DNA of 64,000 nucleotides, taken from assembly GCA_963737655.1 (NCBI GenBank), contig CAVTTN010000002.1, positions 4,224,001 to 4,288,000 of the forward strand, written 5' to 3'. Numbering within the stretch: position 1 is the stretch's first letter; each line of letters opens with the position of its first letter. Positions 1 to 9,031 of the stretch are shown in pieces. The stretch comes from an uncultured Planctomycetota bacterium. Lineage in GTDB: Bacteria > Planctomycetota > Planctomycetia > Isosphaerales > Isosphaeraceae. The notes under the pieces are model-generated. The model did not search any database, had not been told where the DNA came from, and worked only from the letters and a program-made list of their open reading frames with translations. A program made the position numbers and the translations under genes.

Positions 1-49
1 TCTCGCGGAACAGGTCGCCGAGCTGGAGGAAGAAGTCGTTCGGTCTCAT
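1..49 (-). CDS. 5' end of a gene running off the left edge of the window (MRPNDFFLQLGDLFRE...)
   Basis: ATG at 49-47 opens a frame with GC-rich third positions; a sigma70-like promoter lies just upstream. Confidence 0.45.
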   Translation of the reverse strand, partial: MRPNDFFLQLGDLFRE

Positions 50-96
50 CCGGCGACGTCCCCGGGGGTTGAACAACGGTTGGACGCAACCGCCCG

Positions 97-126
97 ATTA
101 TAGCCGACCCGCCCGCGAGCCGGCAA
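97..126 (-). promoter_or_regulatory. putative sigma70 promoter TTGCCG-N18-TATAAT
   Basis: Perfect TATAAT (102-97) and TTGCCG (126-121) on the minus strand, ~50 bp upstream of the ATG at 49. Confidence 0.5.
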
Positions 127-265
127 TCGGCGATCCCCCGAGGACCGAACGAATTGGCCCCCGACGAGGTTCCTCCATCGGCCTCCGAAATAGCGGCCGT
201 GGTCGAGGTCCGCCCTCGGCCTTCTTCGCCGCGGCCTGGAAACGCGGAAGTGGCCACCTATTTGC

Positions 266-831
266 GTGGCATGCTTACATCTTCGTAAGCATGTCTTCGG
301 TTCGAGTACACCGAATTGGCAAGAATGTTTGCTTCATGATCCCAGGTTTGTGGTTACTCGACGACTCGTTCCCACGCTCGGCGTGGGTACGTGTTTCGCG
401 GGTGAGAAGGCGGTCTTTGCAGGGTCCGCTCTTGCGGACCTCTTCGATTTCCCTTCGTCGCCAGGAGGTCCGCAAGAGCGGACCCTGCAAAAACCGCGGG
501 CTCTTGAGTCCGGATTGGTGGTGACGTCGGATCTCCCTCGTTCCCACGCTCGGCGTGGGAATGCCGTCTTGCACGCTCCGCGTGCCTGCGGACGCCGACG
601 AACGAAGAGGACGCGGAGCGTCGAAGACGGCATTCCCACGCCGAGCGTGGGAACGAGTCGTTACGCAAACACCCATCCGGAATCATGAGCCAAACCGCGA
701 TTCGAGGTGCTAAACACGTGCCCGCGCGGGAACGAGGGAGATCCGACGTCACCACCAATCCGGACTCATGAGCCGCATGTTTTTAGATAACAGCGCCCGA
801 AGACATGCTTACGAAGACGTAAGCATGCCAC
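266..831. repeat. nested cluster of REP/REPIN-like inverted repeats of at least three families
   Basis: IR pairs read directly: 266-300/797-831 (34 of 35 match), 410-442/465-497, 505-545/728-768, 537-570/623-657; core CTCGTTCCCACGCTCGGCGTGGG at 365-387, 537-559 and reversed at 635-657. Confidence 0.85.
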
Positions 832-861
832 CCGACGGGACCGCGTCCCATCGCCCGAGGT

Positions 862-886
862 GAGGCGAGGCGAGGCGAGGCGAGGC
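862..886 (+). repeat. (GAGGC)5 microsatellite
   Basis: Five exact pentamer copies, preceded by a degenerate GAGGT. Confidence 0.85.
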
Positions 887-1542
887 CTCGGCCCGCCGTC
901 CCCGAGGATCGCGCAGCGGATCGGCAGTCCGAGGTCTGCCCTACGGAAAATCCCCGACCGGGTTCCCGGGCATCCGCGGACGGCCTCTCGCCAACCAAGG
1001 GCCGGTCTCGGAGCTTCGGCCCCTCGGTCGCCCGCTTCTCATGCGAATCGACGGACTTGCGCCCAGGAGATTGACGAAGTCCACGAAAATTGAGGAAATT
1101 GGGCCGTTCGCGAAGACCTTGCGGTTGCAAGAGCACGTTCCCTTTTCCGAAAATCTGAAAACTCCTTAATTCAATAAGACATGACTACCGCCTAAGATCC
1201 GGGAAGTTGACAACACTTGGCACCGCAAAGTGGGCGTTCGCCCTTCAAAACAAGCCGAATGCTCGCGCAGTCCCCGGTGACAATCCACGAATTCCAATTC
1301 TTGAAAACGTGGATAATTCGCCCGAAACCGCGAACTGGCCAGGGGTTACCACGCGAGGCCCCGCGGAGCCTTCGACGCGAAGTCGGCGTCTCGGGGCGTT
1401 TTCGCCGACTCGACGAGTGACAGCCCCCTGTCGCGGGCGATCCGCCGCACGCCGATCGGCGATTCCGAATCGGTGATCGAAGGCCGCCCCGGTCGCGATG
1501 ATTCCATCGGAACGGTTCGGCTCCATCCCCCTCCGGGACCGA

Positions 1543-2448
1543 TCAGGTGAACAGCGACTCCACGAACGCATCGACGTCGAACGGCTGCAAGTCCTCGATC
1601 CCCTCGCCCACGCCGAGGAACTTCACGGGCAGGTCGATCTGCTGGCGGACCGCCACGACCACGCCCCCCTTGGCCGTCCCGTCGAGCTTGGTCAGGATCA
1701 CGCCCGTACAGCCGATCGACTTGGTGAAGACCTCGGCCTGGCGGATCGCGTTCTGGCCGTTGGTGGCGTCGAGGACCAGAAGCACCTCGTGCGGGGCACC
1801 GGGAATCTTGCGCTGGAGGACGTTTCGGACCTTTTCGAGCTCCCTCATCAGGTGGGTCTGGGTGTGGAGCCGGCCGGCCGTATCCACAAGCAGGATATCG
1901 ACTTGCCTCGCCAGGGCCCGGTCGCAGGCGTCGTGCGCGACGCTCGCCGGGTCGGCGTTCGGGGCTCCCCGGACGATGTCGGTCCCGGCCCGACCGGCCC
2001 AGATCCCCAGCTGGTCGGCCGCGGCGGCGCGGAAGGTGTCGCAGGCGGCCAGGAGGACGGTCTTCCCCTCGTCCTTGAGCCTCTGGGCGAGCTTGGCAAT
2101 CGAGGTCGTCTTGCCCGACCCGTTCACGCCCGCGATCAGGTAAACCGAGGGCTTGGTGGGACTTACGGCGAGCGTCCCCGGCCTCGGATCGGCCAGCAAC
2201 GCCCGGAACTCGGCCTTCACGAATTCGAGGAGGTCATCGCCGGCCGTCTGGTCGGCGAACGCCTCGCGGACCCGGGCGATCACGCGGTCGGTGGCCTTCA
2301 CGCCGACGTCGGCCTGGATCAGGCTCGATTCGAGCTTGTCCAGGAACTCCTGATCGACCTTCTTGCCGAACCAGGAGCGGACGTCGAACAGCCGGGCCGT
2401 CCGGGCCAGGCCCTTCTTGAAGCGGGAGAGGATGTCCTTGAAGGCCAT
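1543..2448 (-). CDS. ftsY: signal recognition particle receptor FtsY (short NG-only form)
   Basis: GVNGSGKTTSIAKLA, DTFRAAA, DTAGR and TKLDGTAKGG SRP-GTPase motifs. Confidence 0.97.
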   Translation of the reverse strand: MAFKDILSRFKKGLARTARLFDVRSWFGKKVDQEFLDKLESSLIQADVGVKATDRVIARVREAFADQTAGDDLLEFVKAEFRALLADPRPGTLAVSPTKPSVYLIAGVNGSGKTTSIAKLAQRLKDEGKTVLLAACDTFRAAAADQLGIWAGRAGTDIVRGAPNADPASVAHDACDRALARQVDILLVDTAGRLHTQTHLMRELEKVRNVLQRKIPGAPHEVLLVLDATNGQNAIRQAEVFTKSIGCTGVILTKLDGTAKGGVVVAVRQQIDLPVKFLGVGEGIEDLQPFDVDAFVESLFT

Positions 2449-2481
2449 GAACCCATACCGAAAGGGAAACCAGGATTCGAG

Positions 2482-3306
2482 TTATGGCTGAGCCGCCCGA
2501 CGGAGGCGTTCGAGGTCCTCGCGAGGCGTGAGGGTCGAGCCGAGCCATCGGCCGGGCCGATCGGGGGCGTGGAAATCGCTCCCGGCGACCGGCACCAGGC
2601 CGAATCGGTCGGCCCAACCCATCAGCCGGGGCCTCCGCGACTTCGCCACGCCGGGGCCGGCGACCTCGATCGCACCCAGACCGTCGGAAACCATCTCGCC
2701 GAGCGGCCTTTCGCCGAGATCATAGGGCGGATGCGCCAGGGCGGCAACCCCGCCCGCCTCGCGGACGATCGCCAGGGCCTCGGCCATCGGCAAGAGGGGC
2801 TTGGGCACCTGGGCCGGCCCCCCGTCGCCGAGGTAGAGGGTGAACGCGGCTCGATCATCCCGGACCTGGCCGGTCCGGGCCAGCCACCGGGCCAGGTGCT
2901 TCCGCCCGATCGTGGCCCGGGGAAACACTTTGCGGATCGCTGCCAGATCCACCTCCAGCCCGAGCGACGCCAACCGCTCCGCCATCGCCTCGATCCGGGC
3001 CTCGCGACGGCCTCGCAAGTCCAGGCACGCGGCGACCAGCGTCGCATCGTCTTCCCGGAAAAAATAGGCCAGAACATGGTATTCCCGGCCATTTCGCTCG
3101 GTCGAGAGTTCGACGCCCGGGACCAGCTCGACGCCCAGGCGATGGGCCTCATCCCGGGCGGTCGGGATGGCCGAGAGGGTGTCGTGATCGGTGATCGCCA
3201 GGGCGTCCAGGCCGAGGGCCGAGGCGGCGCGGACGACCTCTCCCGGCGAGCACGAGCCGTCGGAGTGGGTCGTGTGGACGTGGAGATCGGCCCCGCCGAG
3301 CGTCAC
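2482..3306 (-). CDS. PHP-domain metal-dependent phosphoesterase (TrpH/YciV-like)
   Basis: DLHVHTTHSDG, AITDHDT, GVELS, AHP and GSDFH motifs. Confidence 0.92.
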   Translation of the reverse strand: MTLGGADLHVHTTHSDGSCSPGEVVRAASALGLDALAITDHDTLSAIPTARDEAHRLGVELVPGVELSTERNGREYHVLAYFFREDDATLVAACLDLRGRREARIEAMAERLASLGLEVDLAAIRKVFPRATIGRKHLARWLARTGQVRDDRAAFTLYLGDGGPAQVPKPLLPMAEALAIVREAGGVAALAHPPYDLGERPLGEMVSDGLGAIEVAGPGVAKSRRPRLMGWADRFGLVPVAGSDFHAPDRPGRWLGSTLTPREDLERLRRAAQP

Positions 3307-3310
3307 CGGG

Positions 3311-4069
3311 TCATTCCGAAGGGGGAGGGGCGGCGGCCTCGGTCTCGGGGGTGGCCGGTTCGGCGGGGGCGGGCGGGGCGGAGTCGTTGGAATGGAGCCG
3401 GTCGAGGATGCCGTTGACGAACCGGCTCGACTGCGCCGTGCTGTATCTCTTGGCCAGTTCGAGGGCTTCGTTGATGGCGACCTTCACCGGGACGTCCGGG
3501 TCGTACAGCATCTCGAAGGCCCCGAGCCGCAAGATGTTGCGGTCGATGGCGGCCATCCGGTCAATCCGCCAGTTCTCGGCCACGCCGGAGATCAGGGTGT
3601 CCAGCCCGGGCTGATGGGCTTTCACCCCGGCGACCAGGGCGCGGGCGAACTCCTGGAGCCGTTCGTCCCGGAGCCGCCGGACGATGAACCGCTCGATCTC
3701 CTCGGCGTCGGCCCCGGAGTTTTGTTCCATCTGGTAAAGGACTTGCAGCGCAATTTCGCGGGCCCGGGTCCGGCGGGTGGCGGGGCCTCGATGGCTCTCC
3801 GACCGCTTCGGTTCCGCCGGGGGCTCGGGCTTCGGCAGGGGGGGAGGGGCGACGGCCACCGGAGGAGGGGCCGGCTCGGCCTTCGCCCATCCTCGGTCGA
3901 GGAGGAACATCAGGTCCTTCTCGCGAACCTCGTCGCCCGGCGAAAGCGCGAGGATCCCGGTGAGGAATCGCTCCCCCTCGGAGGACAGGCCGAACTCGAC
4001 CGACTCGCCGGGTCGGTCGTCCTGGACGATGAGCCCCCCGGCGGGGGTCTTTTTCCTGAGGACCGGCAT
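3311..4069 (-). CDS. nusB: transcription antitermination factor NusB with N-terminal extension
   Basis: RTRAREIALQVLYQ, NWRIDRMAAIDRNILRLG and VAINEALELAKRYS...FVNGILD; start codon uncertain. Confidence 0.92.
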   Translation of the reverse strand: MPVLRKKTPAGGLIVQDDRPGESVEFGLSSEGERFLTGILALSPGDEVREKDLMFLLDRGWAKAEPAPPPVAVAPPPLPKPEPPAEPKRSESHRGPATRRTRAREIALQVLYQMEQNSGADAEEIERFIVRRLRDERLQEFARALVAGVKAHQPGLDTLISGVAENWRIDRMAAIDRNILRLGAFEMLYDPDVPVKVAINEALELAKRYSTAQSSRFVNGILDRLHSNDSAPPAPAEPATPETEAAAPPPSE

Positions 4070-4300
4070 GCCGACGTTCTCCCCTCCATGCCGAATCCCG
4101 GCGGTGCACCTCTCGGAGGATCATACGCCGGGGCGGCCCGGATCGGAAAGTCCCCCGGGCCCGGGAATCGTCGATCCCAGTCCCCCGGAGCCCCCTCTCG
4201 CCGCCGCCCTTGTCTCCATAGAATAGACTATCGGAGGAGGGACGGGGACCGATCGCCCGGGACCCGCCGAGTCGTCGGATTCCCGAGCGAGGGGGTGGCC

Positions 4301-5794
4301 GTGACCGATCGTCGCCGGCTCTGGACTCTCGGACCGTTCCTGGCGGCCCTCCTCGGGACGGGCCAGGCCCTGGCCGATCCCGTCCCACCCCCGAGCCACG
4401 CTGAAATCGCCCAGCTTACCGAGGCCTCGCGGGGGATCGGTCGCAAGGTCGTCCTGGTCGGCCATCCCCAACGTGGTCAAGGGACAGCCTTTGTGATTTC
4501 CCGATCGCATCGACTCCTGGCCACGGCCGCCCACGTGGCCGACCTGTACAAGGGACCCGGGACGATCTGGGCGGTCCCTCAAGGGACGGGCTCGGCGATC
4601 CCGGTCGTCCGGGTCTGGTATCACCCAAGCCTCCATCGCATCATGGATGACGGCCTGACCGTCCGCTCCCCGGACCCGGCCGATGGCCCGGTGGCCGTCC
4701 CGGGTCCGGATGTGGCCGTCCTCCAGCTCGCCAACGACGGCACGCCGTTGCCCGAGGAATGCGAACTAGCCTCGCCCGAGGAGCTCCGCAAGCTCGACGG
4801 CCTTTCCCTGGCCCTCCTGGGCTACCCAGGTTACGGCGATTGGCCCACGCTCCAGGTCCCAGGCCGCCTGACGCTCAAGACGGGGAAAGTCCAGGTCGTG
4901 GACGGGTTTACGCCCGAGGAAGGGGCCCATCCCGAGCGTCGGCAGATGATCGAGCATTCCGCCGCGGCCCCGGAGGGCAGCAGCGGCTCGCCGGTGTTCC
5001 TTCCCAACGGCCATATCGTGGCCATCCACAACATCTTGCGGCTGTCGGGGCCCGAGGGCGGCACGGAGTCGGGCATGAGCGTTCGGCTGGATTGCCTCTG
5101 GGAACTCCTGGCCTATCACAAGCTCGATCGGCTCGTGCCGATCCCCCAGGATTGGCTGGTCCTGGTCCCGACCGGCCCGCAGGTCGACCCCAAGCGGGCC
5201 GATTACCGCCGGGCGAAGGAGCTAGTCCGCGAGGCGGAGGCCCTTTCGGCCGTCCGGGACTACCGGGGGGCCGGCGCCAAGTGCAATCAGGCCCTGGCTT
5301 TAGCGCCCGACTACCCCGCCGCCTTCCTCGCCCGAAGCCGGGTCTTCACCGGCTATTGCGGCACCTTCTGGGCCTCCCTGCCGATCGACGAGAAGCGAAA
5401 ACAGGCAGACTGGGCGATCCAGGACGCCAAGACCGGCTTTCTCCTGGCCCCGGATCGGCCCGATGGGCTGTGCCTGATGCTCCAGAACGCGCTGTTCCTC
5501 GGCCACCTCGACGGCGACCGCTCGGCCTTCGAGGAGACGCTCGCCGGGGCCGATTCGCTGCTGTCTCGGCCGTTTCTGGAGAAGCATGACCGGAGCTTCC
5601 TCACGAATTGCCGGGCGCAGGCCCGCCATTACCTGGGGGACTGGTCGGGCGCCCTCAAGGATTATAATGAATCGATCCGTCTGGCCCCCTCCGAGCCGAT
5701 CTGGTACCTGAACCGGGCGCAGTACTGGGACCAGGTCGGCCGCCCCGACCTCGCCGCCGCCGACCGCCGGATGGCCCAGGGATTGCGCAGGTAG
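4301..5794 (+). CDS. secreted trypsin-like serine protease with C-terminal TPR repeats
   Basis: Signal-peptide-like N-terminus from GTG 4301; intact triad TAAH / PDVAVL / GSSGSP; TPR-like helices (ALKDYNESIRLAP). Confidence 0.85.
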   Translation: MTDRRRLWTLGPFLAALLGTGQALADPVPPPSHAEIAQLTEASRGIGRKVVLVGHPQRGQGTAFVISRSHRLLATAAHVADLYKGPGTIWAVPQGTGSAIPVVRVWYHPSLHRIMDDGLTVRSPDPADGPVAVPGPDVAVLQLANDGTPLPEECELASPEELRKLDGLSLALLGYPGYGDWPTLQVPGRLTLKTGKVQVVDGFTPEEGAHPERRQMIEHSAAAPEGSSGSPVFLPNGHIVAIHNILRLSGPEGGTESGMSVRLDCLWELLAYHKLDRLVPIPQDWLVLVPTGPQVDPKRADYRRAKELVREAEALSAVRDYRGAGAKCNQALALAPDYPAAFLARSRVFTGYCGTFWASLPIDEKRKQADWAIQDAKTGFLLAPDRPDGLCLMLQNALFLGHLDGDRSAFEETLAGADSLLSRPFLEKHDRSFLTNCRAQARHYLGDWSGALKDYNESIRLAPSEPIWYLNRAQYWDQVGRPDLAAADRRMAQGLRR

Positions 5795-5841
5795 GCGCCG
5801 TCCCGATCGTTCACCTCGCCTCCGCATCCCTGACCCTGACA

Positions 5842-6843
5842 CTATCCCCCCTCGGCCCCCCCGCCGATCACGCCTTTTTCCGCCTGGCGGACCTCTCCGA
5901 GCAAATATGTGGTTTTGTGTTGCGATTCATAATAAGTTCGCATGACCATTTCCGCGAGAACGCCCATCAGGATCGCCTGGACCCCCGCCAGGAAGAACGT
6001 CACCGAGAGCATCGGCAGCGGGGTCTCGACGAACGATTTCGACGGCCGGAACACATATTTGAAATACAGCATCAGTCCGAAGGTCAGGACGCTCAGGACG
6101 ATCGACGCGAGCCCGATCCGGCCGAACAGGTGGATCGGCCTCTGAGCATATTTTTGATAAAATCGGATCAAGAGCAAGTCCAGGACGACATTGAAGGTCC
6201 TGCCCAGGCCATACTTGGTCCTGCCCGCCCCCCGGGGTCGGTGGTGGACCTCCATCTCGGCGACCTTCGCCCCCTGCCAGGAAGCGAAGATCGGGATGAA
6301 TCGATGCATTTCTCCGTAGAGCCGGACCCCCTCGAGGACCCGCCGCCGATAGGCCTTCATCGTGCAGCCGAAGTCGTGGAGCGGAACGCCCGAAATCCTC
6401 GACACCAGCCAGTTTGCGACGAGTGAGGGCACCCTTCGCGTCAGCCATTTGTCGCGGCGGACCCGCCTCCAGCCCGAGACGACGTCGAACCCCTCGTCGA
6501 GCCGGGCGAGCAGGCCCGGGATGTCGGCCGGGTCGTTCTGTCGGTCGCCGTCCATCGGGACGAGGATCGACCCGCGGGCCAGGTCCAGGCCCGCCGAGAG
6601 CGCCGCGGTCTGCCCGCAATTCCTCCTCAGGAACGCGGCGCGGACGTGCTCCGGGTCGGCGTCCTGGATCGCCGAGAGCCTCGCCCGGGAGCCGTCGGTC
6701 GAGCCGTCGTCGACGAAGATCAGCTCGTAGCGCAGCCCCGACGGCCGGAGGACGGCGTCGAGCTCCCGGTGGAGCGGCCCGACGTTGTCCTTCTCATTGA
6801 AGACCGGCACGATCACCGACAGGTCGATGAGATCATCGTTCAT
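5842..6843 (-). CDS. GT2 glycosyltransferase, ArnC/DPM1-like (polyprenol-phosphate sugar transferase)
   Basis: SVIVPVFNE, VDDGSTD, MDGDRQNDP, EMHRFIP; two C-terminal TM helices. Confidence 0.92.
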   Translation of the reverse strand: MNDDLIDLSVIVPVFNEKDNVGPLHRELDAVLRPSGLRYELIFVDDGSTDGSRARLSAIQDADPEHVRAAFLRRNCGQTAALSAGLDLARGSILVPMDGDRQNDPADIPGLLARLDEGFDVVSGWRRVRRDKWLTRRVPSLVANWLVSRISGVPLHDFGCTMKAYRRRVLEGVRLYGEMHRFIPIFASWQGAKVAEMEVHHRPRGAGRTKYGLGRTFNVVLDLLLIRFYQKYAQRPIHLFGRIGLASIVLSVLTFGLMLYFKYVFRPSKSFVETPLPMLSVTFFLAGVQAILMGVLAEMVMRTYYESQHKTTYLLGEVRQAEKGVIGGGAEGG

Positions 6844-6849
6844 GAGAAA

Positions 6850-7767
6850 TCAGCCGATCACGTATTGCGAGAGGAAACGTCGGCTGATCTCCAGGGATTC
6901 ACGTCTCCTGTCCAGCGACCCCTCGAACGCCCGGTCCTCGACCTCCACGCACACCGGGCCGTCGTAGCCCGCGTCGGCCAACGCGCCGAAGAACGCGCCC
7001 CAATCCACGTCCCCCTGGCCGGGGATCTTGGGCGTGTGCCAGAGCTTGGGATAGGACAGGACGCCGTGATCGTCCAGGGCCTGGCGGTCGATCCGGGCGT
7101 CCTTGGCGTGGACGTGGAACAGGCGGTCGCGGAACTCGGCCAGGACCTTCCGATAGTCCATCTGCTGCCAGACGAAGTGCGACGGGTCGAAGTTCAGGCC
7201 GAGGCTCGGGCTGGGGATGTCGGCGAACATCCTCCGCCAGATCGCCGGAGACGTGGCCAGGTTCTTGCCCCCGGGCCACTCGTCGCGAGAGAACAGCATC
7301 GGGCAGTTCTCGATCCCGACGCGCACGCCCCGGGCCTCGGCCCGAGCGATCAAGGGGCGCCACGTCTCCAGGAATCGGGGCCAGTTCTCCTCCACGGACA
7401 GGACCGGATTCCGGCCGATGAACGAATTCACGACGTTGATGCCCAGATCACATGCCGCGTCGATCACCCGTTCCAGGTGGGAGACCGCCAACTCGGCCTC
7501 GGCCGGGTCGGCGGCCAGGGGGTTGGGGTAGTAGCCGAGTCCGGAGATCGCGACGTCATGGAGGTCCACGCAGTCGCGGACCCTCGCGATGGCCTCGGCG
7601 TCCAGGCTGGTGACGTCCAGATGGCTCACGCCCGCGTAGCGACGATCGGCCCGGCCGGGCGGCCAGCACATCACCTCCACGCACGAATAACCCATCTGCG
7701 AGGCCGCCAGGAGCACCTCGGCCAGCGAGAGTTCCGGCAGGATCGCGGTCACGAATCCCAGTTGCAT
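6850..7767 (-). CDS. sugar phosphate isomerase/epimerase (xylose isomerase-like TIM barrel)
   Basis: IENCPM, LNFDPSH, HVHAKD and VEVED motifs. Confidence 0.88.
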   Translation of the reverse strand: MQLGFVTAILPELSLAEVLLAASQMGYSCVEVMCWPPGRADRRYAGVSHLDVTSLDAEAIARVRDCVDLHDVAISGLGYYPNPLAADPAEAELAVSHLERVIDAACDLGINVVNSFIGRNPVLSVEENWPRFLETWRPLIARAEARGVRVGIENCPMLFSRDEWPGGKNLATSPAIWRRMFADIPSPSLGLNFDPSHFVWQQMDYRKVLAEFRDRLFHVHAKDARIDRQALDDHGVLSYPKLWHTPKIPGQGDVDWGAFFGALADAGYDGPVCVEVEDRAFEGSLDRRRESLEISRRFLSQYVIG

Positions 7768-7810
7768 CGTTCCATCCGGGGAGAAGGACTCTCGAAGGCC
7801 CCGGGACAAT

Positions 7811-9031
7811 CTAACGGATCGTCGGCCCCGGATCGAGGGGACCGGGCGGATTCGGCGGGATCGTCGCCGGGGTCGGCCCCCGATAGCTCGCCCGCTCGAC
7901 CTCGCGGGCCTCGAACGCCACGTCCTTCCACAGGATGCGGCCCCGGTGGTGGTTCCAGACGCTCGAACATATGATCGCCAGATAGGCCGATGCGCCGAAC
8001 GGGAACGTCAGGGCGAACGCCGGGCTGATCCTCAGGAACACGGTGGAAGGCACGATCGCGATCAGCTGCGCCGCCACGCCCCAGAGCCCGGCGATCGCCA
8101 GCGGCCAGGCCCCGGCCGCCCCGCCCCGGACCAGCCCGAAATACGGCGTCCAGACCATCGCCAGCGCCACGATCAGGCCCACGAAGAACTTGTGGAGATG
8201 ATATTCCATGCCGGCATAGGCATTCTTGCGCAGCCCCCGCCAGATCTCGCCAAATGATCCATACATATGAGTCCACGCCAGTTCCGGCGCGAGGTGGACC
8301 GAGAGCCGCCCGCCGGCTTCCTTGATCGTCCGGGCCATCTGGATGTCCTCGACGATCTCGGAACGGACCGCCTCGTGGCCGCCGACCTTCTCATAAATCG
8401 ATCGGCGCACGAGCAGGAACCCCCCGGCGGCCAGCGCGGCCCGGCAATCGGGGTCGTTCACCCGATGGAGCGGATAGAGGGAGAAGATGATCTGGCCGAT
8501 CGCCAGGGCCACCGCCCCTTGCCAGAACGAGCGGATCTCGGGCCTCGCGACGATCGAGACGAGGTCCGCCCCCGACCGGCGCGCCCGATCCACCGCCGAG
8601 GCCAGGGCCCGGGGATGCAAGCCCATGTCCGCATCCACGAATAAGATCCATTCGGCCTCGACCGACCGGGCCCCCTGCGCCACGGCCCAGGTCTTCCCCA
8701 CCCAGCCCGGGGGGCGGGGCTCGCCGTGGAGGACGCGGATCGGCAGCTCGCGGGCGAGGCGGTCGAGGATCGCGCCGGTCTGGTCGGTCGAGCGGTCGTC
8801 CACGAAGATGGCCTGGAATCTCGGATAGTCCTGGGCGAGGAGGGCCCGGACGGTCCTCTCGACGTGGGCCTCCTCGTTGCGGGCCGGGACGATCGCGGCG
8901 ACATCCGGCAAATCGTCGGGGATCGGGCCTTCGATGGCCTGGAGGAAGTGGATTTTCCGGGCGTTTCGGACGTTGCGGACGGCCAGCAAGGTCCACGCCA
9001 GGGCGACGAGCGAGGCGAGGATCGTCATCAT
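7811..9031 (-). CDS. GT2 membrane glycosyltransferase, CrtQ/HpnB-like
   Basis: [33 protein letters not shown] and [11 protein letters not shown] overlap with the desaturase gene. Confidence 0.85.
   Translation of the reverse strand: MMTILASLVALAWTLLAVRNVRNARKIHFLQAIEGPIPDDLPDVAAIVPARNEEAHVERTVRALLAQDYPRFQAIFVDDRSTDQTGAILDRLARELPIRVLHGEPRPPGWVGKTWAVAQGARSVEAEWILFVDADMGLHPRALASAVDRARRSGADLVSIVARPEIRSFWQGAVALAIGQIIFSLYPLHRVNDPDCRAALAAGGFLLVRRSIYEKVGGHEAVRSEIVEDIQMARTIKEAGGRLSVHLAPELAWTHMYGSFGEIWRGLRKNAYAGMEYHLHKFFVGLIVALAMVWTPYFGLVRGGAAGAWPLAIAGLWGVAAQLIAIVPSTVFLRISPAFALTFPFGASAYLAIICSSVWNHHRGRILWKDVAFEAREVERASYRGPTPATIPPNPPGPLDPGPTIR

Noticed and set aside
266..831. CRISPR array or protein-coding ORFs in the repeat cluster
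   Set aside because: Repeats are inverted and nested, not direct with regular spacers; no cas genes; the ORFs are translations of palindromes
1217..1235. sigma54 promoter at TTGGCAC
   Set aside because: No GC dinucleotide at the required -12 spacing
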